Assembly (NCBI GenBank): GCA_965656775.1
Contig: CBFHMA010000001.1
Span: forward strand, 1-41,646
Source of the DNA: Luminiphilus sp.
Lineage (GTDB): Bacteria > Pseudomonadota > Gammaproteobacteria > Pseudomonadales > Halieaceae
Direction of reading: 5' to 3'
DNA: 41,646 bases
Position numbers and translations under genes: made by a program
The notes under the pieces: model-generated
Database searches by the model: none
Seen by the model: only the letters and a program-made list of their open reading frames with translations
What the model was told of the DNA's origin: nothing
Shown here: positions 28,342 to 37,548 of the stretch, piece by piece
Layout of the letters: the number at the start of each line of letters is the position of its first letter
How positions within the stretch are numbered: the stretch's first letter is position 1

Positions 28342-29097
28342 GTGACGCATCTTAGTATCAATCTCAACAAAATAGCGCTTATTCGAAACTCTCGAGACAC
28401 CGTCATTCCCGACGTCGTTGAACACGCTCAAATGTGCATCGATGCTGGCGCGCACGGTATCACCGTACATCCGCGTCCTGATCAACGTCATATCCGAGTC
28501 GCCGATTGCTTTGCTCTGCGCGATGCCATCGACGTCGAACTTAATATCGAGGGCAATCCCTTTACCTCACCAAGACCCAGTGATCGGCCCGGGGTTAGCG
28601 ACTACCCGGGCTTCATGACCCTTATCGCCGCCGTAAGGCCCGCTCAGGTCACACTGGTACCGGACAGCGACCAACAATTGACGTCGGACCATGGTTTTGA
28701 TCTCGAACGAGACGGTAGCCGTCTGCGTCCGATCATCGATCAATTGAAAAGCTGGGGCTGTCGGGTGAGTCTCTTCATGGACCCAGTACCTGGCTCAATG
28801 AAAGATGCAAGAGCCTTAGGAGCCGACCGTATTGAGCTGTACACCGAATCCTGGGCAACCGCCCATCGGTTAGGTGACTGGCAAGCAGAGCGGGAGCGCT
28901 TCGTGGCCACCGCAGAAGCCGCCCATAGCCTGGGCTTGAGCGTCAATGCGGGACATGATCTTAATCTGCAGAACCTACCCGATCTGCGCTTACCTCATTT
29001 AGCGGAGGTCTCTATCGGCCACGCGTTTACAGTGGATGCGTTAAGTTTTGGCATAGCCGAGACCGTCAAGCGCTACCTTCACGCCCTCAATTCATGA
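28342..29097 (+). CDS. pdxJ: Pyridoxine 5'-phosphate synthase
   Basis: LSINLNKIALIRNSR, GITVHPRPDQRH, TSDHG, IELYT, NAGHDL, EVSIGH. Confidence 0.93.
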   Translation: MTHLSINLNKIALIRNSRDTVIPDVVEHAQMCIDAGAHGITVHPRPDQRHIRVADCFALRDAIDVELNIEGNPFTSPRPSDRPGVSDYPGFMTLIAAVRPAQVTLVPDSDQQLTSDHGFDLERDGSRLRPIIDQLKSWGCRVSLFMDPVPGSMKDARALGADRIELYTESWATAHRLGDWQAERERFVATAEAAHSLGLSVNAGHDLNLQNLPDLRLPHLAEVSIGHAFTVDALSFGIAETVKRYLHALNS

Positions 29098-29813
29098 CCA
29101 CACAAAGCGCGGACTCCGATCCGGCGCTACCACCCTATTTAGTACCACACAGCCAGGAGACGATAAGGGTACTGTACAGCGACGATCACCTGCTGATTGT
29201 CGATAAACCGCACCTTTTATTAAGCGTGCCCGGGCGACATCCTTTAAACCATGACAGCATGCTGGGTCGACTGCAGCGCTACTATCCAGAAGCCAGCGCA
29301 GTGCATCGCCTCGATCTGGATACCAGTGGTTTGCTGGTTGTACCAAAACATCGGATAGCACTGGCCGAGCTCAGCCGACACTTTCAGCAACGTCGTGTAC
29401 ACAAAGTTTATAAGGCGCTGGTTTGGGGGCGCGTGCAGCGTGATCAAGGGGTCATCGAGCTGCCCATCATCAGTGACTGGCATCATCGCCCTCTGCAAAA
29501 GGTGTGCGCGATAACGGGTAAACCCTCAACAACCCAGTATCAAGTATTGGCTCGAGGCCAACACCATACGCTTCTCAAATTGCTGCCTATTACCGGCCGG
29601 TCCCACCAATTGCGTATTCATTTACGGGAGCTTGGGCATCCTATTTTAGGGTGCGACATGTATGCTCACGGGGAAGCCTATAACGCTGCCCCGCGACTGC
29701 TGTTACATGCGATGCAACTGGCCTTCGCCCACCCGGTCACCGGCGAAGCCATATCCGCATTCTCACCGGCACCGTTCACTGTTGATGGACTGTTGCCAAT
29801 TCGCCCCGGTTAA
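29094..29813 (+). CDS. rluA: RluA family pseudouridine synthase
   Basis: KP.LLLSVPG, HRLDLDTSG, TGRSHQLRIH, GHPILG. No S4 domain. Confidence 0.88.
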   Translation: MTTQSADSDPALPPYLVPHSQETIRVLYSDDHLLIVDKPHLLLSVPGRHPLNHDSMLGRLQRYYPEASAVHRLDLDTSGLLVVPKHRIALAELSRHFQQRRVHKVYKALVWGRVQRDQGVIELPIISDWHHRPLQKVCAITGKPSTTQYQVLARGQHHTLLKLLPITGRSHQLRIHLRELGHPILGCDMYAHGEAYNAAPRLLLHAMQLAFAHPVTGEAISAFSPAPFTVDGLLPIRPG

Positions 29814-29883
29814 ACGATGTTTAAAACTTGGGCGATTTCACTGCTCTTAGCTACCATGCAGCATTGCGTGGAGGAATACCCTA

Positions 29884-30387
29884 GTGGTCAGCAGCACTGA
29901 ACGGGAAGGTCGACATATCATCGTCGTTAAACCCAACCACTCGTCGACGTGGCGAGCTAATATGTGGGCGCTCATTGCCATAGCGGTGCCTTCAATGGGG
30001 GCGGCCATCGGGTTTACGTTGATGGGTGCATGGCCGATTTTGCCCTTGGCCGGGGCAGAACTGGGCGCACTGGGTGGGGCCCTTTACTACGTTAACTGGA
30101 AACTGCAATACCGGCACGTCATCACGTTTGATCAACATTCGGTACGAATAGATAAAGGACATTACGCGCCCCGACGTACCTGGACCTTTCCCCGAACCGA
30201 AACATCGCTGGCCGTCACCCCTGAACGCCATCCTTGGGATGGCCCTTCCCTATCGGTACACAGTAAGGAGCAACGGGTTCTTGTTGGGGAGTTTCTCAAT
30301 CGAGACGATGCGATTGCCCTGTTAGCGTTGCTCCGACAACAATTACGTACCGGCACCCACAGCCCACACACCGAACGACAACTGTGA
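29884..30387 (+). CDS. DUF2244 family membrane protein
   Basis: PNHS, GAWPILPLAGAE and VGEFL motifs; two TM segments; GGAGG RBS. Confidence 0.75.
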   Translation: MVSSTEREGRHIIVVKPNHSSTWRANMWALIAIAVPSMGAAIGFTLMGAWPILPLAGAELGALGGALYYVNWKLQYRHVITFDQHSVRIDKGHYAPRRTWTFPRTETSLAVTPERHPWDGPSLSVHSKEQRVLVGEFLNRDDAIALLALLRQQLRTGTHSPHTERQL

Positions 30388-30453
30388 GTTGTTATGGCTG
30401 TCGGCGAACCCATCCAGCGGTACAATGGGATTTTCAGCGACACGTAAAACACC

Positions 30454-31779
30454 ATGACTTCAGCTTCTGCGCCCAAAGTGGGCTTTATCTCTCTGGGCTG
30501 CCCCAAAGCGTTGGTGGACTCTGAGCGCATCTTGACTCAACTTCGATTAGACGGTTACCACGTTACGCCTAATTACGATGATGCCGGGGTTGTGATTGTG
30601 AACACTTGCGGCTTTATCGACAGTGCAAAAGCTGAGTCCCTGGAAGCCATTGGCGAGGCAGTGGCTGAGAATGGCCGGGTTTTAGTCACGGGCTGCATGG
30701 GTAAGGGCGCCGATGCAGAACGCATTTTAGAGACACATCCCAAGGTATTAGGTATTACGGGTCCAGCCGCTTACGAGGAAGTGTTAAGCGAAGTGCGGCG
30801 TGTTTTGCCCCACACTAGACAGCCTGACCCGCTCATAGACTTAGTCCCCGCACAGGGGGTGAAGCTTACGCCCCGACACTATGCGTACCTGAAAATATCC
30901 GAAGGCTGCAACCATCGTTGTCGTTTTTGCATCATCCCCAGTATGCGCGGGGACTTAGTCAGCAGGCCTATCGGGAATATCATGCAAGAGGCTGAAGGGC
31001 TGGTTCGCGCAGGGGTCAGGGAGCTCCTGGTGATATCACAGGATACCAGCGCCTATGGGCTAGATCTGAAGTACCGCACCGATTTCTGGCAGGGGCGCCC
31101 ACTGAAAAGCAACTTACAGACATTGGCCGAGACGCTGGCGGAGTTTGGCATTTGGCTACGGTTGCATTACGTCTACCCATACCCCCATGTGGATACCCTC
31201 ATCCCTTTGATGGCAGAAGGTAAACTCCTGCCCTATCTGGACATACCACTCCAGCATGGCAGCCCATCGGTACTGGCCCGCATGAAGCGACCAGCAGCAA
31301 CTGAGAAAACCCTCGACCGCATTAAGCGCTGGCGTGACCTGTGCCCAGACTTAACACTGCGGAGTACCTTCATTGTCGGATTTCCCGGGGAGACTGAGGC
31401 TGAATTTGAAGAGCTTCTAGCGTTTATTGAAGCCGCCGAGATCGATCGAGCAGGTTGTTTTAAGTACTCGCCTGTGGACGGTGCTGCTGCTAACGAATTG
31501 CCCGACCACGTCCCCGAAGACCTCAAAGAAGCGCGTTGGCAGACCTTTATGGCTGCCCAGCAAGCCATTAGCGCCGATAAATTACAGCGTAAAATTGGTG
31601 CAACCATCGAGGTCCTCATCGACGAGGTAACCCCTGAGGGCGCTATCGGCCGCTCTAGCGCTGACGCTCCCGAAATTGATGGGGTCGTGCATTTACCGGG
31701 AGCCGTCAATCTGGTGCCAGGCGATTTTGTGCAAGGAGAAGTCACAGCCGCCGATGCTTACGATCTTTGGATCGAATAA
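30454..31779 (+). CDS. rimO: Ribosomal protein S12 methylthiotransferase
   Basis: [18 protein letters not shown], radical [15 protein letters not shown] domain with DAPEIDG. Confidence 0.97.
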   Translation: MTSASAPKVGFISLGCPKALVDSERILTQLRLDGYHVTPNYDDAGVVIVNTCGFIDSAKAESLEAIGEAVAENGRVLVTGCMGKGADAERILETHPKVLGITGPAAYEEVLSEVRRVLPHTRQPDPLIDLVPAQGVKLTPRHYAYLKISEGCNHRCRFCIIPSMRGDLVSRPIGNIMQEAEGLVRAGVRELLVISQDTSAYGLDLKYRTDFWQGRPLKSNLQTLAETLAEFGIWLRLHYVYPYPHVDTLIPLMAEGKLLPYLDIPLQHGSPSVLARMKRPAATEKTLDRIKRWRDLCPDLTLRSTFIVGFPGETEAEFEELLAFIEAAEIDRAGCFKYSPVDGAAANELPDHVPEDLKEARWQTFMAAQQAISADKLQRKIGATIEVLIDEVTPEGAIGRSSADAPEIDGVVHLPGAVNLVPGDFVQGEVTAADAYDLWIE

Positions 31780-31782
31780 TCC

Positions 31783-32511
31783 TTGAATATCCTTCTACTG
31801 CAGCCCGAAGATTTTATCGGTCCACAGCGCGCGGTCGTTAGTGATCGCCGAGCCGAACACATCAGGCGTGTGCTCCGTGCCAAACTCGGCGACCCCCTTA
31901 GAGTGGGTTTATTAGGTGGTGGTAAAGGCGAGGCCCTTATCATTGACGTCAGCCCAACCAGCATCACACTATCCATACCGCAGTCACTCGACGAACCACC
32001 CCCAGCACGCCACCCCTGGCGCTTGGTTCTTGCCTTACCCAGACCAAAAATGTTGCGACGGGTACTTCGGTGCTGTGCAGAATTAGGGGTTGCAAACGTG
32101 CATCTGATCCACAGTTACCGGGTTGAGAAGAGCTATTGGCAGAGCCCCTTGTTATCACCTGAGGCCCTAGAGCGAGCACTCTTCGCCGGACTTGAGCGAG
32201 CCGGTGACACCGTGACGCCACAGGTAACACTGCACCCTCGGTTCCGGCCATTTATTGAAGATGATCTACCCGTGCTAGCGGGAGGACATCCTATCTACCT
32301 CGCCCACCCGGGTTCCCCCCGCCGGCCACCCACCGATAGCGGCGAACAGGCTACCCTAGTGATTGGCCCCGAGGGCGGGTTTATTCCCTTCGAAGTCGAA
32401 CTGGCAGAGAGCTTGGGCGCCATCACTTGTACCTTAGGAACGCGCACCCTGAGCGTTGACACGGCGGTTAATGCCGCACTGGCAAGGCAGCTATACAGCA
32501 CCAGCACATAA
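31783..32511 (+). CDS. rsmE: 16S rRNA m3U1498 methyltransferase (RsmE family)
   Basis: H..RVLR, LALPRPK, ELGV, IGPEGG and LG.R.L SPOUT motifs. TTG start. Confidence 0.88.
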   Translation: MNILLLQPEDFIGPQRAVVSDRRAEHIRRVLRAKLGDPLRVGLLGGGKGEALIIDVSPTSITLSIPQSLDEPPPARHPWRLVLALPRPKMLRRVLRCCAELGVANVHLIHSYRVEKSYWQSPLLSPEALERALFAGLERAGDTVTPQVTLHPRFRPFIEDDLPVLAGGHPIYLAHPGSPRRPPTDSGEQATLVIGPEGGFIPFEVELAESLGAITCTLGTRTLSVDTAVNAALARQLYSTST

Positions 32512-32557
32512 CACAGCCCCCGCGCCGACCTTTCCCCCCTTGCCAGCCTTGTACTGC

Positions 32558-33217
32558 TTAGGCAGTGACGCCAGTCCCCATCACACAGGCGACACCCGTG
32601 CCCTTAAGACCACAATAGCCGCCGGGATTTTTGTGCAAATACTGTTGATGGTAGGCCTCGGCGTAATAAAAAGGTGGTGCGTCCAAGATTTCAGTGGTTA
32701 TGACGCCGAAGCCTGCAGCACTGAGTTTCTCTTGATAGCGTTCCCGAGAGCGCTCTGCCACGGCGCGCTGTTCGCTGCTGTGGAGGTATAGCCCAGAACG
32801 ATACTGAGTGCCCCAATCGTTGCCCTGACGCATACCTTGAGTTGGATCATGATTTTCCCAAAAGACGCGTAAAAGTGTGTCGAAGCTAACCACCGCAGGG
32901 TCGAAGACAATCAGCGCCACTTCATTATGGCCAGTTTGACCGGTACAGACCTCTTGATACGTAGGATTTGGCGTGTGGCCCGCTGCATAGCCGACAGCGG
33001 TCGTATACACGCCCTCTAACGTCCAAAACAAACGTTCCACACCCCAAAAACAACCCATTCCAACGACGACTTGGTCGTATGTAGCGGGAAATGGTGGGTA
33101 GATAGGCCGCTGGTGCACAGCGTGTGCGTTATGCAGTTGTATCGGATCAGCGCGCCCGGGCAGTGCACTGTCTGCACTAGGTAGCGCATGTTTACGCCGA
33201 ATATCAAACAAACTCAT
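32558..33217 (-). CDS. msrA: Peptide methionine sulfoxide reductase A
   Basis: [39 protein letters not shown]-terminal resolving cysteines. Confidence 0.97.
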   Translation of the reverse strand: MSLFDIRRKHALPSADSALPGRADPIQLHNAHAVHQRPIYPPFPATYDQVVVGMGCFWGVERLFWTLEGVYTTAVGYAAGHTPNPTYQEVCTGQTGHNEVALIVFDPAVVSFDTLLRVFWENHDPTQGMRQGNDWGTQYRSGLYLHSSEQRAVAERSRERYQEKLSAAGFGVITTEILDAPPFYYAEAYHQQYLHKNPGGYCGLKGTGVACVMGTGVTA

Positions 33218-33384
33218 TCCTGTGACCCAGTTAACAAACGATCTGCCATCGTCACAACCTACTCAGAAAAACGCAAGCCACTGTTTTCAGGCAAAACACT
33301 CAAGCAATGCGTTCATGATTAGCCCCTGTCGATAAGATGTCACATTACGCCTCTAAGATGGCATCAGAAACAGGGGGACACGAT

Positions 33385-33603
33385 ATGACCCGGGAAAAAA
33401 CCACAATTCAATTTGATCCAGCTGCGTTCTCGAGCCGAAAACTTCTCGAAGTAGCCAGTACAGGCGCACTCGCAGCCGATGATACTCAGGGGCACTTGAC
33501 CGAAACCCGCGAAATGCCGGTGAGTGTCGCGGTCAATGAGTTAGCGCGCCGCGGACACTACTTGACGGAACTGGTAGATCGGGGTCTTATTTCACCCCAT
33601 TAA
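33385..33603 (+). CDS. Small hypothetical protein (72 aa)
   Basis: ATG at 33385 with an AGGGGG RBS; fills the gap divergent from msrA; no recognisable motif. Confidence 0.6.
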   Translation: MTREKTTIQFDPAAFSSRKLLEVASTGALAADDTQGHLTETREMPVSVAVNELARRGHYLTELVDRGLISPH

Positions 33604-33614
33604 GTCTGGGAAAT

Positions 33615-34317
33615 ATGAGCTATCAACAAGTCACCCTCTTTAAACCAACAAACCGATATTGCAGCTTTCACACGCAAAGCCCGAGCAATACGAGCGGTTA
33701 CCAGTCGACAGACCCGGCTTTGTTTCGCCCTCGACGCTACCGCTAGCCGCGAACCAACCTGGCAACAGGCGCGGCGGGCCCACGCCGAGCTCTACGCCGC
33801 AGCAACCGATGCCAACGGGTTAGCCGTGCAGCTCTGTTATTACCGGGGCCTTTCTGAGTTTCAGGCGAGTCCTTGGATCACCCATGCACCGTTATTGCTC
33901 GATCACCTGGAAGCAGTGACCTGCGCAGGTGGTGCTACCCAAATAGAACGCCTGCTTCGCCACTATCTTCAGGAAAGTACAGCAACGACCCCTATACGCG
34001 CCCTAGTGTTTGTAGGCGACGCTGTAGAGGAGACGGGCACCCGTCTTACGGATTTGGCCGGCCAATGTGGGCTAAAAAAACAACCTCTCTTTCTTTTTCA
34101 AGAAGGGCAAGATAGCCACGCAGCGCAGATTTTCGAAAATATGGCACGACTCAGTGGTGGTGCTTATGCTCGGTTAGACGATAGCAGTGGCAAACTGCTG
34201 CGGGAACTACTAGGCGCTGTGGTGCGCTATGCGACAGGTGGACATCTAGCACTCACCAGCGCCAACGGTGAGGGTGATAAACTATTACTCGGGCAGCTAC
34301 CTAGCAGCCGCCGATAA
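33615..34317 (+). CDS. von Willebrand factor A (vWA) domain protein; 5' end lacks an in-frame start (frameshift, error or non-canonical start)
   Basis: The frame of ORF 33826-34317 stays open back to 33619 and encodes RLCFALDATASREPTW (MIDAS DxTxS at 33733-33747), plus GGATQI and VFVGD. The only nearby ATG (33615) is one base out of frame. Confidence 0.75.
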
Positions 34318-34352
34318 CAACGTTACTCAAACGACTCAATCACGGGAGTACT

Positions 34353-35072
34353 GTGCCTCGTTTAATCGTCATTGTTGTAGCACTGCTTGCGATCACTATC
34401 TTAGTGCGCCGTATCCAAGCCATGCCCCCCCAAAAGCGACGAGCAGCCTATTGGCAGTTGCTGTTCGGTGCCGTTGTGGGTAGCGCAGTGTTGCTCACCT
34501 TTCTTGGGAAAATGCACTGGCTGGGCGCTGCGCTTACAGGTCTTTTAGTCATGATTCGGCAACTGCTGCCGGTGCTGATCCGCGCAGTCCCCACCCTGCA
34601 TAACCTGTGGCAGAAACGTCAGAGCCATAAACCCAGTGGCCAGTACTCTGAAGTAAAGACCGCTTTGCTCGCCATGACACTCGACCATGCCTCTGGAGAA
34701 TTGAACGGTCAGGTGACAGAGGGACCCTTCCAAGACTGGCTGTTGTCCGACATGACGGAAACCCAACTGCAGCAGCTGTTGGATTACTGTCAGCAGCATG
34801 ACAACGATTCAGTGCAGCTTTTAACCAGCTATTTAGAGCAGCGTTTTCCAGAGGGTTTCAATAACAACACCCGTAACGATACCCACGCCAACGATAACGG
34901 CTCTATGAACCGCGCAGAAGCGCTTGCGGTTTTGGGCTTAGGGGAAGATGCCACCGACCACGATATTATTACTGCTCACCGAAGCCTGATGCAGAAACTA
35001 CATCCGGATCGTGGCGGCAACGATTACCTAGCAGCAAAACTTAATCAGGCCAAAGACGTCTTATTAGGCTAG
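34353..35072 (+). CDS. Membrane-anchored J-domain (DnaJ type III) protein
   Basis: N-terminal hydrophobic helices; C-terminal J domain EALAVLGL...HRSLMQKLHPDRGG..YLAAKLNQAKDVL with intact HPD; GGGAG RBS. Confidence 0.88.
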   Translation: MPRLIVIVVALLAITILVRRIQAMPPQKRRAAYWQLLFGAVVGSAVLLTFLGKMHWLGAALTGLLVMIRQLLPVLIRAVPTLHNLWQKRQSHKPSGQYSEVKTALLAMTLDHASGELNGQVTEGPFQDWLLSDMTETQLQQLLDYCQQHDNDSVQLLTSYLEQRFPEGFNNNTRNDTHANDNGSMNRAEALAVLGLGEDATDHDIITAHRSLMQKLHPDRGGNDYLAAKLNQAKDVLLG

Positions 35073-35148
35073 TGCGGCGTTAGACCATCTGGCAGCTTTG
35101 GCCACCGGTTAATGTTGCCTGCAAGAACTCATCACACTTGAGGGACAC

Positions 35149-35427
35149 ATGACGGACACGCATATCATCTGCAATCAAAACGGCCATTACTGGGGCCGAG
35201 GTAAGCGCTGGGTTGATGGCCGCGACCTTTCAAAGGTCGCTCATTACAGCTATCGCGATGAAGCAGTGAATACGGTGTTCGAACTGAGCTCAAAAGACAT
35301 AGAACTTCGCTGTGACATAAAAGTCATCACATTAATCGAGGGCAAGCTGCCAAAACTGACTGTGTCCTTGGTACCCGTACCCGACCCTGAGGACCCACAG
35401 CTATCATTGCAGTCCGAGGCCTCTTGA
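35149..35427 (+). CDS. Hypothetical protein (92 aa)
   Basis: ATG with a GAGGG RBS; globular-looking sequence (NQ.GHYW..W.DG, DEAVNTVFELSSKD); co-oriented with neighbours. Confidence 0.7.
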   Translation: MTDTHIICNQNGHYWGRGKRWVDGRDLSKVAHYSYRDEAVNTVFELSSKDIELRCDIKVITLIEGKLPKLTVSLVPVPDPEDPQLSLQSEAS

Positions 35428-35448
35428 AAAACTACGAAAGACACCTAT
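35423..35448 (+). promoter_or_regulatory. Sigma32 (RpoH)-type promoter for htpX
   Basis: CTTGAA (35423-35428), 14-nt spacer, ACCTAT (35443-35448), resembling CTTGAA-N13/14-CCCCAT. htpX is a known RpoH target. Confidence 0.65.
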
Positions 35449-35491
35449 TAAGAAGCTAGGAGTCCACTTGGATATTTGAGGAGCAAGGGAT

Positions 35492-36367
35492 ATGCGCATT
35501 CTGCTTTTTTTAGCCACCAACCTAGCGGTCATGATTCTGGTCAGCATCGTGTTCCAGCTCCTGGGTTTTCAAGGTGTCTTAATGGCCAACGGTGTTGACC
35601 TCAACTTGCAAGCCCTGCTGGTGTTTTGCGGGCTGTTTGGCTTTGGCGGGTCGTTGATTTCATTGCTGCTATCGAAATGGATGGCAAAGCGCAGTACCGG
35701 TACCCTACTGATTGACCAGCCCCGAAATCGTGAAGAACGATGGCTGCTTGAAACCGTCGAAAGCATTAGCCGCGAAGCGGGCATCAAAATGCCAGAAGTT
35801 GGCATATTCCCCTCCGACTCGGCTAACGCATTCGCAACCGGCTGGAACCGAAATGACGCATTGGTGGCTGTCAGTGCAGGACTGCTACGGCGCTTTCAGC
35901 CCCATGAAGTTCGTGCGGTGCTCGCCCATGAAATAGGCCACGTTGCTAACGGCGACATGGTAACCCTGTCGCTGCTACAGGGTGTGGTTAACACGTTTGT
36001 TATGTTTTTTGCGCGGATTATTGGGCATACGGTTGACCGGGTCGTGTTCAAGACCGAGCGAGGTTATGGGCTGGGCTATTACGCAGTGACCATTGTCGCT
36101 GAAATCGTATTGGGCTTTCTGGCCAGTGCCATTGTGATGGCCTTTTCAAGGTACCGCGAGTACCGGGCTGACGCTGCCGGTGCACGATTGACGACCCGTG
36201 GCGATATGGTTGCCGCACTACAGCGGCTTAAGGCTGAGCAGGTAGCCTCAGGAGATTTACCTGGTGAACTCACCGCATTTGGCATTCGATCTGGTCAATC
36301 CGGCTTGATGAATTTATTCCGCTCTCACCCGCCACTCGATGACCGAATCAAGGCTTTGCAATCGTGA
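35492..36367 (+). CDS. htpX: Membrane zinc protease HtpX
   Basis: [25 protein letters not shown] (HExxH), FSRYREY.AD, SHPPL. Confidence 0.96.
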   Translation: MRILLFLATNLAVMILVSIVFQLLGFQGVLMANGVDLNLQALLVFCGLFGFGGSLISLLLSKWMAKRSTGTLLIDQPRNREERWLLETVESISREAGIKMPEVGIFPSDSANAFATGWNRNDALVAVSAGLLRRFQPHEVRAVLAHEIGHVANGDMVTLSLLQGVVNTFVMFFARIIGHTVDRVVFKTERGYGLGYYAVTIVAEIVLGFLASAIVMAFSRYREYRADAAGARLTTRGDMVAALQRLKAEQVASGDLPGELTAFGIRSGQSGLMNLFRSHPPLDDRIKALQS

Positions 36368-36393
36368 ATAACGATGGGCTCAGGTGGTCACCC

Positions 36394-37479
36394 ATGGCAC
36401 TATCTAAACGCTTACTTGCCCTCGTAGCCTTTGTAGCGAGCACGGCCTGCGCAGATGACACCGTCGAGCATGCCAATGAGCCGATAAGTGCCCTTGAATA
36501 CCTAAGCTTTGCCACCAACGATGAGGCTAACAGCACAGAGATCTTTGCCAAAGCCTCCCCCGCAGTGGTCTTTGTTACCAGCAGCGAATTGCGCCGTAAT
36601 CGGTTCACTTTTAACGTCACCGAAGTACCTCGCGGTGCCGGCTCCGGCTTTTTATGGAGCAAAGATGGCCTGGTTGTCACCAACTTCCATGTCGTCGCAG
36701 GTGCCGATCGACTGGAAGTCACCATAGGCGATAAAGGCGACTATAAAGCCGAGGTAGTGGGGGTGGCACCCGAGCGTGATCTCGCCGTTCTGCGGCTCAT
36801 AGACCCACCCGATGACCTTACGGTACTGCCACTTGGTGATTCATCTGAACTGTCGGTGGGTCGTAAAGTATTGGCTATCGGCAATCCTTTTGGTCTGGAT
36901 ACCACCTTAACCGTGGGGGTTGTGAGTGCTTTAGATCGAGAAATTCAGTCACCCAGCAATCGACGTATCAGAGGCGTTATTCAGACTGATGCAGCCATTA
37001 ATCCGGGTAATTCAGGGGGACCACTCTTGAATTCCTTGGGGCAACTGGTGGGTGTTAACACTGCCATCTACTCGCCCAGCGGCGGCAGTGCGGGCATTGG
37101 GTTTGCCATCCCCGTCAATATGGTGAGCGAGGTTGTACCTCAGCTTATTGCCTACGGCAAAATGTTGCGACCCATTTTAGGTGTGGAACTTGCCAGTGAT
37201 CGATGGACACAACGCTATGGTGTTGATGGTGTCGCCATTGTGCGCGTTTTACGGGGTTTGCCCGCCAGCGAGGCAGGCCTTGTGGGAGCTCAAGCGGGCC
37301 CCAGGGGAGAACTACGCCTAGGCGATATCATCACCCACATCGATGATGAGCCTATACGCAGCAGTGATGACTATCTTGCGGCCCTCGAAAAACACAATAT
37401 TGGCGACACGGTTCGCTTGCGCACACGTCGGGCTGACCGGGTGCTTGAATTTGATATTACCTTGTCGGAAAGTCGCTGA
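36394..37479 (+). CDS. HtrA/Deg family serine protease with a single PDZ domain
   Basis: TNFHVV, DLAVL and GNSGG catalytic triad; QTDAAINPG; C-terminal PDZ. Signal peptide from ATG 36394 (GTG 36364 is an alternative). Confidence 0.92.
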   Translation: MALSKRLLALVAFVASTACADDTVEHANEPISALEYLSFATNDEANSTEIFAKASPAVVFVTSSELRRNRFTFNVTEVPRGAGSGFLWSKDGLVVTNFHVVAGADRLEVTIGDKGDYKAEVVGVAPERDLAVLRLIDPPDDLTVLPLGDSSELSVGRKVLAIGNPFGLDTTLTVGVVSALDREIQSPSNRRIRGVIQTDAAINPGNSGGPLLNSLGQLVGVNTAIYSPSGGSAGIGFAIPVNMVSEVVPQLIAYGKMLRPILGVELASDRWTQRYGVDGVAIVRVLRGLPASEAGLVGAQAGPRGELRLGDIITHIDDEPIRSSDDYLAALEKHNIGDTVRLRTRRADRVLEFDITLSESR

Positions 37480-37548
37480 TGCGCCCCTGGCAGATTCTGC
37501 TACTAAGCCTTGGTATTGCCACCATGGTGATTATTCAATTTATTCCTG

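Noticed and set aside
32512-32557. C-rich strand (G-runs on the minus strand) between convergent rsmE and msrA as a G-quadruplex or terminator
   Set aside because: Only two long G-runs, and no stable hairpin or U-tract.
33300-33336. GTCGATAA resembling a sigma28 -10 box upstream of the 72-aa ORF
   Set aside because: No TAAA/TCAAG -35 at the required spacing; the nearest TCAAG is too far upstream.
33639-33645. TTTAAAC, a classical -1 slippery heptamer, near the vWA 5' end
   Set aside because: A -1 shift here would move ribosomes out of the vWA frame; joining the ATG to vWA needs +1. No downstream stimulatory structure is evident.
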